A stretch of 64,000 nt of DNA from Desulfosudaceae bacterium (GTDB lineage Bacteria; Desulfobacterota; Desulfobacteria; Desulfobacterales; Desulfosudaceae). Positions 50,168 to 60,198 of the stretch are shown piece by piece. Every line of letters begins with the position of its first letter. The first letter of the stretch is position 1. The DNA lies in NCBI GenBank assembly GCA_963674745.2, contig CAXXDV010000001.1:2592001-2656000 (forward strand). The letters are read 5' to 3'. The notes under the pieces were generated by a model. That model saw nothing but the letters and a program-made list of their open reading frames with translations, was not told where the DNA came from and ran no database searches. A program made the translations under genes and the position numbers.

Positions 50168-51403
50168 ATGAGCGTTGAGACTGTAATATTGATATGCGGT
50201 TATATTTTCGGATTTTACATGGCCTGGAATATCGGTGCCAATGACGTGGCCAATTCCATGGCCTCTGCCGTGGGTGCCCGGGCGATTACCCTGCGTCAGG
50301 CGGTTTTTATCGCCGGTATACTGAATATTATCGGCGCGGTCTTTGTCGGGTCCCATGTGACCAATACGATTTGTAAAGGCATTGTTTCTACCGAGGTAAT
50401 GACCGATCCGACAATGGCCATGCTGGGGGCCTTGTCGGCACTCCTGGCCGCGGCTGTCTGGGTGTCCTTTGCCACCTGGAAATCCCTGCCGGTTTCAACC
50501 ACCCACTCAATTGTAGGGGCCATGGTCGGATACGGCCTTGTTACCGGCGGATTTTCGGTAGTGCAGTGGGGAAAACTGGGGGCGGTGGTGGCCAGCTGGA
50601 TCATTTCCCCGTTTTTCAGCTTTCTTCTGGCCTATTTTATGTTTAAATTTATTATCAAGGTTATCTATAACAGAAAAGACGCCTCCGGCATGGCCTTGAA
50701 GTTCTCCCCCCTGTTTGTCGGGCTGGCCCTGTTTATTGTCGCGCTCTCTTTTTTGTTTAAAACACCGCTGGGTAAATCGCTTTCACTCAGCGTACCGTCG
50801 GCGCTGTTTTATGCCCTGATTCTCGCCGTATGCGGCGGCTTTCTGGGCAAGCTGCTGATCAGTCGTTTTGGAATGAAACACGAGGGGGATGAGACGGAAA
50901 CCGTTTTCCGGCGCATTCAGGTGGGGACATCATGTTATGTGGCGCTGGCCCAGGGCGCCAATGACGTGGCCAATGCCATCGGTCCCCTGGCGTTGATTTA
51001 TTATATTGTTAAAAGCGGTTCCGTGGCCGGAATCAAAACGGTTCCGGTACCGGCGATGTTGCTGGCCTTTGGCGGCCTGGGCATTGCCGCCGGGATTGCC
51101 ATGGCCGGCCGACGCGTGATTGAAACAGTGGGATCCAGGATTACAACGCTTAACAATACCCGGGGCTTTTCGGTGGATTTTGCCGCAGCCACGACCGTTA
51201 TGGCGGCCTCAAAGATGGGGCTGCCGGTGTCCACAACTCATGCCGCAGTCGGTGGGGTCATCGGGGTCGGTCTTGCCCGGGGTTTTGACGCGGTTAATTT
51301 TCGCGTTATATATGAAATCGCTCTGTACTGGGTGCTGACCGTGCCGATGGCGGCTGTCACCAGTATCGTGATTTTTAAGATACTTCAGTATTTTATTTAT
51401 TAA
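50168..51403 (+). CDS. Inorganic phosphate transporter (PiT family)
   Basis: Two GANDVAN motifs and two PVSTTH motifs. Confidence 0.94.
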   Translation: MSVETVILICGYIFGFYMAWNIGANDVANSMASAVGARAITLRQAVFIAGILNIIGAVFVGSHVTNTICKGIVSTEVMTDPTMAMLGALSALLAAAVWVSFATWKSLPVSTTHSIVGAMVGYGLVTGGFSVVQWGKLGAVVASWIISPFFSFLLAYFMFKFIIKVIYNRKDASGMALKFSPLFVGLALFIVALSFLFKTPLGKSLSLSVPSALFYALILAVCGGFLGKLLISRFGMKHEGDETETVFRRIQVGTSCYVALAQGANDVANAIGPLALIYYIVKSGSVAGIKTVPVPAMLLAFGGLGIAAGIAMAGRRVIETVGSRITTLNNTRGFSVDFAAATTVMAASKMGLPVSTTHAAVGGVIGVGLARGFDAVNFRVIYEIALYWVLTVPMAAVTSIVIFKILQYFIY

Positions 51404-51416
51404 AGGAGGCGTTAAA

Positions 51417-52085
51417 ATGCGTATTCCGCTTGTTTCCATGTTTATCACTTCCCCTTTTGCCGACCTTCAGGAACACGCTGAAAAATTGCAGGAGTGTGCC
51501 TGTGCCTTTCAGCAGGCAATGGAGTGCCATATGTCCGATAAGTGCAGCACGTTTGAAAACCATAAAGGCAAGGTGGATGAAATTGAAAGAGAGGCCGATG
51601 CCATCAAGCGGCGCATCCGCGGCCATTTACCCAAGGGGACCCTCCTGGCGGTGGATAAATTCCAGTTGTTCCGATATCTTAGAGAACAGGACAGTGTTCT
51701 TGATTCCATGAAGAGCGCCCTGAGCTGGTTGTCGTACCGGGAGTCTCCGGGCATCCCCCCGGAATTGAAGAAGGATTTTGCCAAACTGGTCGACAGCGCC
51801 ATTGACCCCATAGACGCCCTGAACGAAATGCTGACGGAAGCGCGGAAATACTTTAACAGTTTTTCGGAAAAACAGCGCGTTGTCGTCAAGGATATCATCA
51901 GTATTCTTCGCCAGAAAGAACATGATTCAGACCAGGTGGAGCATGCTTTGAAGCAGAAGATTTTTTCGGTGAATACGGATCCGGTCACGATTTTTCATGC
52001 CCTGATGCTGGCTGAAAAAATTGGGGACATTGCCGATCACGTGGAAAATGCCGGGGACATGATGCGGGCCATGGTGGCCCGGTAA
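51417..52085 (+). CDS. DUF47 / PhoU-like phosphate transport regulator
   Basis: IEREADAIKR, EHDSDQVE, IADHVENAGD; follows PiT. Confidence 0.9.
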   Translation: MRIPLVSMFITSPFADLQEHAEKLQECACAFQQAMECHMSDKCSTFENHKGKVDEIEREADAIKRRIRGHLPKGTLLAVDKFQLFRYLREQDSVLDSMKSALSWLSYRESPGIPPELKKDFAKLVDSAIDPIDALNEMLTEARKYFNSFSEKQRVVVKDIISILRQKEHDSDQVEHALKQKIFSVNTDPVTIFHALMLAEKIGDIADHVENAGDMMRAMVAR

Positions 52086-52122
52086 TCCGGTCGTGATATG
52101 TCCCGGAAGGGATATTAGTAGA

Positions 52123-52149
52123 TTGACAGTTGCAAATCGCTGGTATAAT
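52123..52149 (+). promoter_or_regulatory. Sigma70-like promoter with extended -10
   Basis: TTGACA (52123) and TG-G-TATAAT (52141-52149); 15-nt spacer is short. Confidence 0.5.
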
Positions 52150-52213
52150 ATTTATGGCCAGTTCGGTTTAAAAAATGGCGGATCACTAAATATATTTTAA
52201 AAAGGGGACGGGC

Positions 52214-52858
52214 ATGAAACATCGCGGCTTTTTATTGGTTGTTATAGTTTGTTCGGTTCTGGTGCTGTCCGGTGCCACGGCAGGTTATTGCACCAACGCG
52301 TTGACGATGACTCAGGGCAACGGCTGTGTTAATTCGAATATGGATGTAAACGATTATATCGCCGTTGGTGTCGGCAGGACGCATTATCTGGGCGGCCAGG
52401 ACGCGGGTGGGGCGAACACCATAGTGGTGGCCCAAAAAGAATCGTTGATCGGCCATGACGGCGGGTCACTGGAGGGAATCTGCCGTTGCTCGGGGATGCC
52501 GGATGGGGCTGATGTGGATGAACGCGGCTGCTGGGTTGTGGCGCACTTTGAATTCGAAAAAGCCAATATCACAACCGCCAGTGCCGACAAGCTGGATGAA
52601 GCAGTCGGCGTTTTGAAGAATGATCCGGACTTGAACATTGAAATTCAGGGGCATACCTGCAGTATGGGCCCGTTGCTTTATAACCAGGTCCTGTCTGAAA
52701 AACGGGCCAAGGCGGTTTATGACTATTTGATTCTTCAAGGGATTAATGCACCCCGCATGAGCTACAAAGGTTTTGCGTATAAAAAACCGGCCGCTTCTAA
52801 CGAAACACTTTCGGGACGGAAATTGAACCGGCGTGTTGAATTCCAGCCGGTCGAATAA
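52214..52858 (+). CDS. OmpA-family peptidoglycan-binding protein
   Basis: Signal peptide; IEIQGHTC..YNQVLSEKRAKAV..NRRVEF. Confidence 0.88.
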   Translation: MKHRGFLLVVIVCSVLVLSGATAGYCTNALTMTQGNGCVNSNMDVNDYIAVGVGRTHYLGGQDAGGANTIVVAQKESLIGHDGGSLEGICRCSGMPDGADVDERGCWVVAHFEFEKANITTASADKLDEAVGVLKNDPDLNIEIQGHTCSMGPLLYNQVLSEKRAKAVYDYLILQGINAPRMSYKGFAYKKPAASNETLSGRKLNRRVEFQPVE

Positions 52859-52970
52859 CTGAATTCGTCCCAATTTTATTTGTGTTTTTCCAGGAAGGCA
52901 TTCAGTTGCCCTGTTGCGGTGGCAGCGGGGAAATCACTGTCCCGAACAAGATAGAGACATAGTTGGTTTA

Positions 52971-54086
52971 TTGAACCGTCGATCTTTTCTGAAAACAACC
53001 TTTGCCCGGTGTCTGGAACTTTTTTCCATGGGGGTTCTGGCATATTTTTTTCCCCGGGACTCGGCCCTGGCGGCAGCGCCCGGCCAAAATTCGGTTGACC
53101 GCTTAAAAGGCCTTTCCCTTAAAAAATGGTGCCAGGAAAAACGCCATCACAGAAACGGCCGTTATCTGAACCCCTTCACCCCTTTCGAGCATAAAAACTT
53201 CTGGGGCTTGCTGCGCTGGAAACTGCTCTCTAAAAACCATTTCAAATCTTATTATCACCAGGAAAAGGTTGTCCCGGTTGATATCAACTGGGAGACGATT
53301 GAAGCCCAGAAGGGATGTGCGGTGACCTATATCACTCATTCCTGCGTCATGGTCAAGGATCTGGATCGATATATCCTGGTGGATCCGATTTTCTTCGGGC
53401 TTTTCGGCTTTAAAAATTTTACCCCCCTGACCGATCGGGCCGCGCGGGTTCCCCAACCGGATCATGTCCTCATTACCCATGGCCATTACGATCACCTGGA
53501 CGTCGACACGTTGAAGCAATTTGACCGGGACACCCATGTGGTCTCACCGCCCGGGTACCGGGTCATTTTTCGTGATCTGGGAATGACCCGCCATTCCCAG
53601 TTGGACTGGTTTGAGTCTTACACCGACGATGGTAGAGAGATTCTGTTTCTGCCCTGTAATCACTGGACCATGCGCAATCCCCTGGCCGGCCCGAACGATG
53701 CCCTGTGGGGGTCATACCTGATTAAAGGCCGAACCGCCAATATTTTTATCAGCGGGGATCTGGGCTGGTTTGACCATTTTGAGGAGATCGGAGAAGCCGG
53801 GCCGATTGATCTGGCCATATTCAATCTCGGTGCCTATGAACCGCGATGGTTCATGAAAAGTTCTCATATCAATCCGGCTGAAACGGTCAGCGCGTTTAAG
53901 GCCTTGAACGCCAGGCACCTGATGATTATTCACTGGGGAACCTTCCGCCTGGGAGACGAACCGGTGCACTTCCCGCCGAAGGATATCCGCCATGAAATGG
54001 AACGGCAGGGACTGGCCGACCGCCTGATTCATTTGAATCACGGTCAGACCGTGTGTTATGACCGGCACCAATTTGATATTATTTGA
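52971..54086 (+). CDS. Tat-exported MBL-fold hydrolase (NAPE-PLD/RomA-like)
   Basis: NRRSFLK twin-Arg, THGHYDHLD, GAYEPRWFM..H, IHWGTF; start uncertain. Confidence 0.85.
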   Translation: MNRRSFLKTTFARCLELFSMGVLAYFFPRDSALAAAPGQNSVDRLKGLSLKKWCQEKRHHRNGRYLNPFTPFEHKNFWGLLRWKLLSKNHFKSYYHQEKVVPVDINWETIEAQKGCAVTYITHSCVMVKDLDRYILVDPIFFGLFGFKNFTPLTDRAARVPQPDHVLITHGHYDHLDVDTLKQFDRDTHVVSPPGYRVIFRDLGMTRHSQLDWFESYTDDGREILFLPCNHWTMRNPLAGPNDALWGSYLIKGRTANIFISGDLGWFDHFEEIGEAGPIDLAIFNLGAYEPRWFMKSSHINPAETVSAFKALNARHLMIIHWGTFRLGDEPVHFPPKDIRHEMERQGLADRLIHLNHGQTVCYDRHQFDII

Positions 54087-55650
54087 AGTTTTTGATTGTC
54101 CAGTGGTAGGTCCCGTATAGTTTCTGCCTGTAAAGATTGAAAAGGGTCCGTTCCTGTTCCGGGCTGCGGGTAACCAGGAGCCCGATGATGATGGCGGCGG
54201 TAACAAATATGGCCAGAATTTTTTGACTGTTATTACCTGTTGCATATGCCGGCGCGCTGCTCCTTATCCGGTAGCCGAGTACGAGAAGCAAGACAATTGC
54301 CAGGACAATAACCGCCAGTCCGATCAGCACTCCCGTAGACCTGCCAAAACCGATCGCACTGAGTATCGTGTCCGGCAGATAACCCATTTTCATGAGCGGT
54401 ATCATCAGTTCGAATATCGGGTTTTTGAATACCGGCGGTGTGTGGGGCATGATGATAATGCCCGGAAGCACCAGGAGAATCGAGAGTACCAGCAGAAGTC
54501 CCCAGGCCCGGCTTCGAACAGGGCTGAAAAAAAGCGCTAGTGTTAAAAACGGAAGCGTGGGGACAAGATACCGGGGACCATATGTCCATCCGCCGTGCCA
54601 TCCGAAATAACCGCTGATCAGGAAAAAATACCAGAGCGCAATTGAGCTGATGACCACCATTTCAGGACGGAACCGGGCTGAACGCCACATCCGCCACAAC
54701 CCGATCAGGCTGAAAAAGTACACGGGCATTAAGAAAAAAAAGCCCCGGGACGGCGAGAAAAGCAGCATGATTAATGAACGCGGCTGGGGGAAACTGATGC
54801 CGAGGAATCCTTTGGCCGTTCCTTCAGCGAATTCGTCCAGTGCCAAGTGATGATAGCCGGTTGAAAAGAAAGACCCGAAACATTGAAAATTATATGCCAA
54901 TACAAACATCAGGGGAATGGCCGCGCCAAAAGAAAAAAACACGATACGGGAAAACGGCGGCCTCAGCCAGAAAAGGTAGCCGAACAGGACAATGACGATA
55001 AAAAGAGAGGTGTATTCGCAGGCAAAACCGAATCCGGTAAAAAGGCCGCCCGAAAAGGCCAAAAGTGACGTGAAGGACGCGTCTTTTTCATCGCTTGTGC
55101 GCCTTAAACGCATTAAACAGGTAAACCCGAAAAAGAACAATATGCCTGTCATCAGATGCCCGCTGAAATACTGTGAATGACTCCAGGCGATACTGCCGAA
55201 GGCAAAAGCCAATACACCCGGCAGGGCACAGAAAACGTCATCGGTCCATCTCAGGCCGACGTGAAAAAGCACCAGGCCTGCAATGGCAAACAACAGGCTG
55301 TTGGTTAAAAGATTAATAAGGTGTCGGTGCCAGAAAAAAAGAACCGGTTTGTCCCTGGCGGGAAAAATTTTTTTGATCAGCCAGTATGCCGGTGCGCCGA
55401 TCATGGCCGCGCCGGGTGCCTTATTTGAATATTGGTGGCCCCCGTTTATCGAGACATCGATTGTCTGAAAATGGGGGAGTCGCTGCAGGTGATCAATCGC
55501 ATAGGTGTGATGATCGACCATTGCGCTGATCAGCATGAGACGGGTACGGGAATTGTCATAATCAACCGGTTGATGGAAATACCCGCTGGCAAAAAAAAGC
55601 GTCAGAAAAAGCAAGATGTTGATTAATATTCTGGTTGTGTAATTTCTCAA
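54079..55650 (-). CDS. Polytopic membrane protein, GT-C glycosyltransferase-like
   Basis: Many TM helices, YSNKAPG, LLFSPSRGFF, GGWTYGPRYLVP. Confidence 0.6.
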   Translation of the reverse strand: MRNYTTRILINILLFLTLFFASGYFHQPVDYDNSRTRLMLISAMVDHHTYAIDHLQRLPHFQTIDVSINGGHQYSNKAPGAAMIGAPAYWLIKKIFPARDKPVLFFWHRHLINLLTNSLLFAIAGLVLFHVGLRWTDDVFCALPGVLAFAFGSIAWSHSQYFSGHLMTGILFFFGFTCLMRLRRTSDEKDASFTSLLAFSGGLFTGFGFACEYTSLFIVIVLFGYLFWLRPPFSRIVFFSFGAAIPLMFVLAYNFQCFGSFFSTGYHHLALDEFAEGTAKGFLGISFPQPRSLIMLLFSPSRGFFFLMPVYFFSLIGLWRMWRSARFRPEMVVISSIALWYFFLISGYFGWHGGWTYGPRYLVPTLPFLTLALFFSPVRSRAWGLLLVLSILLVLPGIIIMPHTPPVFKNPIFELMIPLMKMGYLPDTILSAIGFGRSTGVLIGLAVIVLAIVLLLVLGYRIRSSAPAYATGNNSQKILAIFVTAAIIIGLLVTRSPEQERTLFNLYRQKLYGTYHWTIKNFK

Positions 55651-55845
55651 AACCTTTTCCTTACTGCTTTAACAAAGGTATTCTATAGCGCATTATTTTG
55701 GAGATTATTATCATTGTTGTGACATTACAAGGGATTTCCGGCACTACCCGGTTCCGGAATTTTGACACAGCCGGGGAAAAACGATAGAATGCAGCATTCA
55801 GCCGACTGACGCAGACCGGTTTGAACCGGCACCGGAAAATCAACC

Positions 55846-57417
55846 TTGCCTTTTTGCGCCAAACACAGCGCAGCTGGAGCTGTTGTGGAAATAAAGAAAT
55901 ATTCCCTGCTACTTGTCATCATCCCTGTTCTGCTCGTTTTTTTGCAGGTCATTTCTTTTGATTTTCTGCAATATGATGATACCATCAACGTATCGAAAAA
56001 CCTTTTTATCCTGAACCCGACGGCGCAACATATCCTTGATTTCTGGAAAGCCCCTTTTTTAAAATTATATATTCCGGTCACCTATACCGCCTGGGCGGGC
56101 CTGGGTATGTTATCCTTGAACGTATTCAGCGGCCGTCTTGATCCCGGGCTTTTTCATCTGTTAAATGTCCTTGTTCATATTTTGAATTGTGTCCTGCTTT
56201 ACTTTATCATCAGAAAACTGTTCCGCTTAAAAGACAAGTCGGTCAATGAAAATCATCTTCTGCCGGCGGCAATCTTCGGGGCCTTGATTTTCGGGCTTCA
56301 TCCGGTTCAAGTTGAGACCGTATCGTGGGTTACCGGCTTAAAGGGCGTTTTGAGCGGGGTTTTTTTTCTGTGCGCCATATATTTTTACCTTGTTTATTAC
56401 AAAGCTGAAAGAAAGTTCCGGGTTTATGCTGTTTCGACGGGATTTATGATACTGGCTGTTTTATCCATGCCCTCGGCCGTTTGCCTTCCGGTCATGCTTT
56501 TTTTCATACTGTTTTGGCTGGATTGCAGGGTTACCGGCAAAACATTTTATCCCCTGCTTCCCTGGGTTGTCATCGGTTTTGTCATTGTGCTGGTCACCCG
56601 TTGGGCCCAGCCCATGGCAGACGGGGTGGCGGACTATCCATGGGTAATCAGGCCTTTTGTCGCGCTGGACGCGGTCATGTTTTATGCCCATAAAATTCTC
56701 TGGCCGAATGTTCTGATCATTGATTACGGTCGTACACCCGCCTATGTAACCGGCAAAATGTGGCAGAATTTATACCTCTGGATGGCGCTTCCTGTTGCCG
56801 GCCTGGTCTGGGGACTCAGGCGCCGGCCACAGTGGGTGGCGCTGGGACTCGCTTTTGTGGCCGGCCTGCTTCCCGTCTCCGGGTTGTTGCCGTTCGGCTT
56901 TCAGGTGACTTCGACGGTCGCCGATCGTTACCTTTATATGTCCATGGCGGTTATCGGCGTCATGGCCGCGGCCGTACTAATGATAAAACCGCGGCCTTTG
57001 ATGGTCGGCCTTTGTTTTATACTGGTGATATCCTCCGGCGTGAAAAGTTTTTATCAGTGCCGTCAATGGAAAGACACTGCCACGATTATGGGACATACGC
57101 TGGAGCATAATCCGGACAGTTTTCTGGCGAATCTAAATTATGGCATCGCCCTGATGTGCCAGGGAACGTTTAAACCCTCCATTCCGTTTTATCAAAAGGC
57201 GCTGCGATTAAGGCCGGATTCCGTACTGGCATATTATAACCTGGGGCTGGCTTATATCGGAACGGGTGACAAAGCGTCGTATGAGCACCTGTATCAAAAA
57301 GTATACACCATGGACAAGCAGAAGGCCGCCAAATTGGTGAAGGCGGCCCGGGTATATGAAAAAATGAATGCCTCAGGCACGATGAATGATGTCACGCCTG
57401 AGTCCCTGAGCCCGTGA
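55846..57417 (+). CDS. TMTC-like GT-C membrane protein with C-terminal TPR
   Basis: FLQYDD, FHLLNVLVH, FGLHPVQVETVSW, ADRYLY, TPR tail. Confidence 0.8.
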   Translation: MPFCAKHSAAGAVVEIKKYSLLLVIIPVLLVFLQVISFDFLQYDDTINVSKNLFILNPTAQHILDFWKAPFLKLYIPVTYTAWAGLGMLSLNVFSGRLDPGLFHLLNVLVHILNCVLLYFIIRKLFRLKDKSVNENHLLPAAIFGALIFGLHPVQVETVSWVTGLKGVLSGVFFLCAIYFYLVYYKAERKFRVYAVSTGFMILAVLSMPSAVCLPVMLFFILFWLDCRVTGKTFYPLLPWVVIGFVIVLVTRWAQPMADGVADYPWVIRPFVALDAVMFYAHKILWPNVLIIDYGRTPAYVTGKMWQNLYLWMALPVAGLVWGLRRRPQWVALGLAFVAGLLPVSGLLPFGFQVTSTVADRYLYMSMAVIGVMAAAVLMIKPRPLMVGLCFILVISSGVKSFYQCRQWKDTATIMGHTLEHNPDSFLANLNYGIALMCQGTFKPSIPFYQKALRLRPDSVLAYYNLGLAYIGTGDKASYEHLYQKVYTMDKQKAAKLVKAARVYEKMNASGTMNDVTPESLSP

Positions 57418-58544
57418 TGGGGAAAACAAGAATGAGAATGTTGATAATCACCTGGAATTTTCCGCCCAAACGGGGAGGCATGGAAAATTTACTTTATGAT
57501 ATCTATTCCCATCTTTCACAGGTATATACCATTCAAGTCATCGCTCCGATGTCGTCCGATTCGGATTCGGAGGATAATGCCATTTACCGGCCTGGTTTTG
57601 GGGGGTTTATACCCTTTATCCTCTTTTCATTTTTCAAGGGAATTCGTCTGCTTAACAAAAACCGGGCGGACATTATTTTGGGCGGAAGCCTGGCGGTCTT
57701 GCCGGTGGTGGTATTGCTGAAGCTGGTTTTTCGGGTCAAGAGCATTGTTTACGCGCATGGTCTTGATATAATATATAATAATTCTATTTATCAAACCATG
57801 CTTAAAGTATGTGCGCCATTGATGGACGGGGTTCTCTGTAACAGCCATAATACCCGGGATTTATTGGCCCAAAAGATGCCGAAAATTAAAAACGTAGCTG
57901 TCATCCCTCCCGGTGTGGATATCCAGGACGAACCGGACAGGACCGCCCGCCCCTATCCGCGCAAGTATCTTTTAAGCGTCGGCCGACTGGTACCACGAAA
58001 AGGCCTGACCGGTTTTATCGCGCATTGTTTCCGTCACATCGCCGAAAAGCATGATGACGTGGATTTATTGATTGTCGGGGAGGAGCCCGGGGAAGCGATG
58101 TTTCATCAGGCCGGATATCGGCAGGAAATTATTGATTGTATTTTTGAAAACGGTTTGCAGGAACGGGTTCATTTACTTGGCTGGGTCGACGAGACCCGAA
58201 AAATGACATTGTATCGGTTTTGTGAATGTCTGGTTTTCCCGGTGATCCCGATTGACGACGACGTGGAAGGCTTTGGTATTGTGGCGATAGAAGCGGGCAT
58301 CATGGGCCGCCCGACGGTGGCTTTTAATGTGGGGGGCATTGCGGATGCGATTGATCAAAAGGCCGGTGTGCTGATTGAAGCCATGGATTATCAATCAATG
58401 ACGCAGGAGATTGACCATATTATTGCCGGTCAACAATTTTCAGATTCCGCCAGTATCTCGAAGGCTGTCAAGGAACATTATTCCTGGAGTCGAACAGTGC
58501 ATGAATATATAATTTTTATAAATAAGATAGCCGGTATGGATTGA
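57414..58544 (+). CDS. Glycosyltransferase family 4
   Basis: FPPKRGGME, VGRLVPRKG, EGFGIVAIEA. Confidence 0.92.
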   Translation: MMGKTRMRMLIITWNFPPKRGGMENLLYDIYSHLSQVYTIQVIAPMSSDSDSEDNAIYRPGFGGFIPFILFSFFKGIRLLNKNRADIILGGSLAVLPVVVLLKLVFRVKSIVYAHGLDIIYNNSIYQTMLKVCAPLMDGVLCNSHNTRDLLAQKMPKIKNVAVIPPGVDIQDEPDRTARPYPRKYLLSVGRLVPRKGLTGFIAHCFRHIAEKHDDVDLLIVGEEPGEAMFHQAGYRQEIIDCIFENGLQERVHLLGWVDETRKMTLYRFCECLVFPVIPIDDDVEGFGIVAIEAGIMGRPTVAFNVGGIADAIDQKAGVLIEAMDYQSMTQEIDHIIAGQQFSDSASISKAVKEHYSWSRTVHEYIIFINKIAGMD

Positions 58545-58620
58545 GGGATGCGAGGGCGGCAAGCCGGTTTGCCTGGTCATCCTGTAGCGCAATATGGCGT
58601 GCTCAGAAAAAGCGGAGAAC

Positions 58621-59343
58621 ATGATGGATAGCGAGACCTCTACCGAAGCGCTTGATGATATTCGAAATTATTATGATACGGTTTATTACCGTGAACCCAG
58701 GACTTCTTCCAGGGTTTCCAGGCACCTGTTCAGGCTGTCAAATAAAATTTGTGTACAGGAGCACCAGACCGTGCTGGATATCGCCTGTGGTCAGGCAGAA
58801 TGGCTGTGTGTCTGTAGCCAACGTGGGGCGGTACCATATGGAATCGATTTGTCTTTCAGGGCGATCGCAAGGGGTAAGCAGGTGCTTCCCCGGGGGGGTG
58901 TGTGTGCCGGATCCGCCGGCTTCCTGCCGATTAAAAGTGGCATCTTTGACATCGTTTCCTGCCTGGGTGCGTTAGAACATTTTCCGGATCAGCGCAAAGC
59001 AATTGCCGAGATGATTCGTGTTGCTAAGGTTGATGCCGCGTTTTTACTGTTGGTACCGAATGCCGATTTTTTAACCCGTCGATTGGGTTTTTTCGGCGGT
59101 ACGGATCAAAGCAAAATTAAAGAGGATGTAAAAACACTTGAAGAATGGGAACGCCTTTTTGTGCAGGCCGGCCTGGAGGTCAAAGAAAAATGGCGTGATT
59201 TGCATGTCTTTTCCTGGTCGTGGATATCATTGGGGCGGTGGTACTCAATCCCCTTGCGTTTTATTCAGGCGTTGGCGCTGACAATCTGGCCGCTGAAGTG
59301 GCAGTATCAGGTTTATTTCTTGTGCAACAGGAAGTCTGTCTGA
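58621..59343 (+). CDS. Class I SAM-dependent methyltransferase
   Basis: VLDIACGQA, FDIVSCLGALEHF. Confidence 0.88.
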   Translation: MMDSETSTEALDDIRNYYDTVYYREPRTSSRVSRHLFRLSNKICVQEHQTVLDIACGQAEWLCVCSQRGAVPYGIDLSFRAIARGKQVLPRGGVCAGSAGFLPIKSGIFDIVSCLGALEHFPDQRKAIAEMIRVAKVDAAFLLLVPNADFLTRRLGFFGGTDQSKIKEDVKTLEEWERLFVQAGLEVKEKWRDLHVFSWSWISLGRWYSIPLRFIQALALTIWPLKWQYQVYFLCNRKSV

Positions 59344-59389
59344 ACACAATATGTTCGTTGGCGCTCCTGCGGTTGTCGCCTGATTATTC

Positions 59390-59436
59390 TTGACAAAAAT
59401 ATGTTGTCGTGTTATGAGTAAAACAATTACTCATAA
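59390..59436 (+). promoter_or_regulatory. Promoter -35 with overlapping inverted-repeat operator
   Basis: TTGACA 59390-59395; TTATGAGTAA-AACAA-TTACTCATAA 59412-59436. Confidence 0.7.
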
Positions 59437-59451
59437 AATGACAGGTTCGGT

Positions 59452-60000
59452 ATGCAGAATGTCCTTTCCGGCATCATCACATCAAAGTTAAAAATCAAGA
59501 TGCTTGTCCGGTTTTTTCTAAATCCGGCTTCCAGGGCCTATTTGAGAGAACTGTCAGCCGAGTTCCAGGTTTCCTCTAACGCTGTAAGGACGGAGTTGAA
59601 TCATCTGGCTGAAGCCAGTCTGATTGAATCCGAAAAAGACGGTCGAAAAGTCCTTTACCGTGCCAACCGGCAGCATCCCCTGTTTCCCGAACTGGCCTCC
59701 ATGGCCAGAAAATCCTTGGGCGTAGATCAGGTGATTGAAAGCGTTGTCACCCGACTGGGGCGGCTGGAAAAAGCGTACCTGCTGGATGACTATGCCCTGG
59801 GAAAAGATACCGGTATTATAGATCTGTTGCTGGTGGGTGAAATCGATAATTTTCATCTTCATGATTTGAGCAAGAAAACAGAACGATATCTCAAAAGAAA
59901 AATCCGTCATCTGGTGCTGACAGAAGAAGAATTTCAGCGTTTCCTAAAAGATTTTCAGGGCCGTCCCTCGTTGTTGATCTGGGAAGCGCCGAAACAATAA
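59452..60000 (+). CDS. Winged-helix regulator with degenerate nucleotidyltransferase-like C-domain
   Basis: YLRELSAEFQVSSNAVRTELNHL; DDYALGKDTGIIDLLLVG. Confidence 0.8.
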   Translation: MQNVLSGIITSKLKIKMLVRFFLNPASRAYLRELSAEFQVSSNAVRTELNHLAEASLIESEKDGRKVLYRANRQHPLFPELASMARKSLGVDQVIESVVTRLGRLEKAYLLDDYALGKDTGIIDLLLVGEIDNFHLHDLSKKTERYLKRKIRHLVLTEEEFQRFLKDFQGRPSLLIWEAPKQ

Positions 60001-60198
60001 AATGTAAACAGAATAGATAAACTATTCAAATGGTTATTGTTAAAATCCGGTTGTAACCCGGGCGGCGGAGCTTTCTGCTAAGGATGTGGATGCACCGGAA
60101 TACAAGGTTTATGGTTACTCAGATTCATACAAAAGTTCGGTGGCCTGATTTTTTATGCCATGCGCCCCGATGAACAGGAATAAACCGCAGCACCATAA

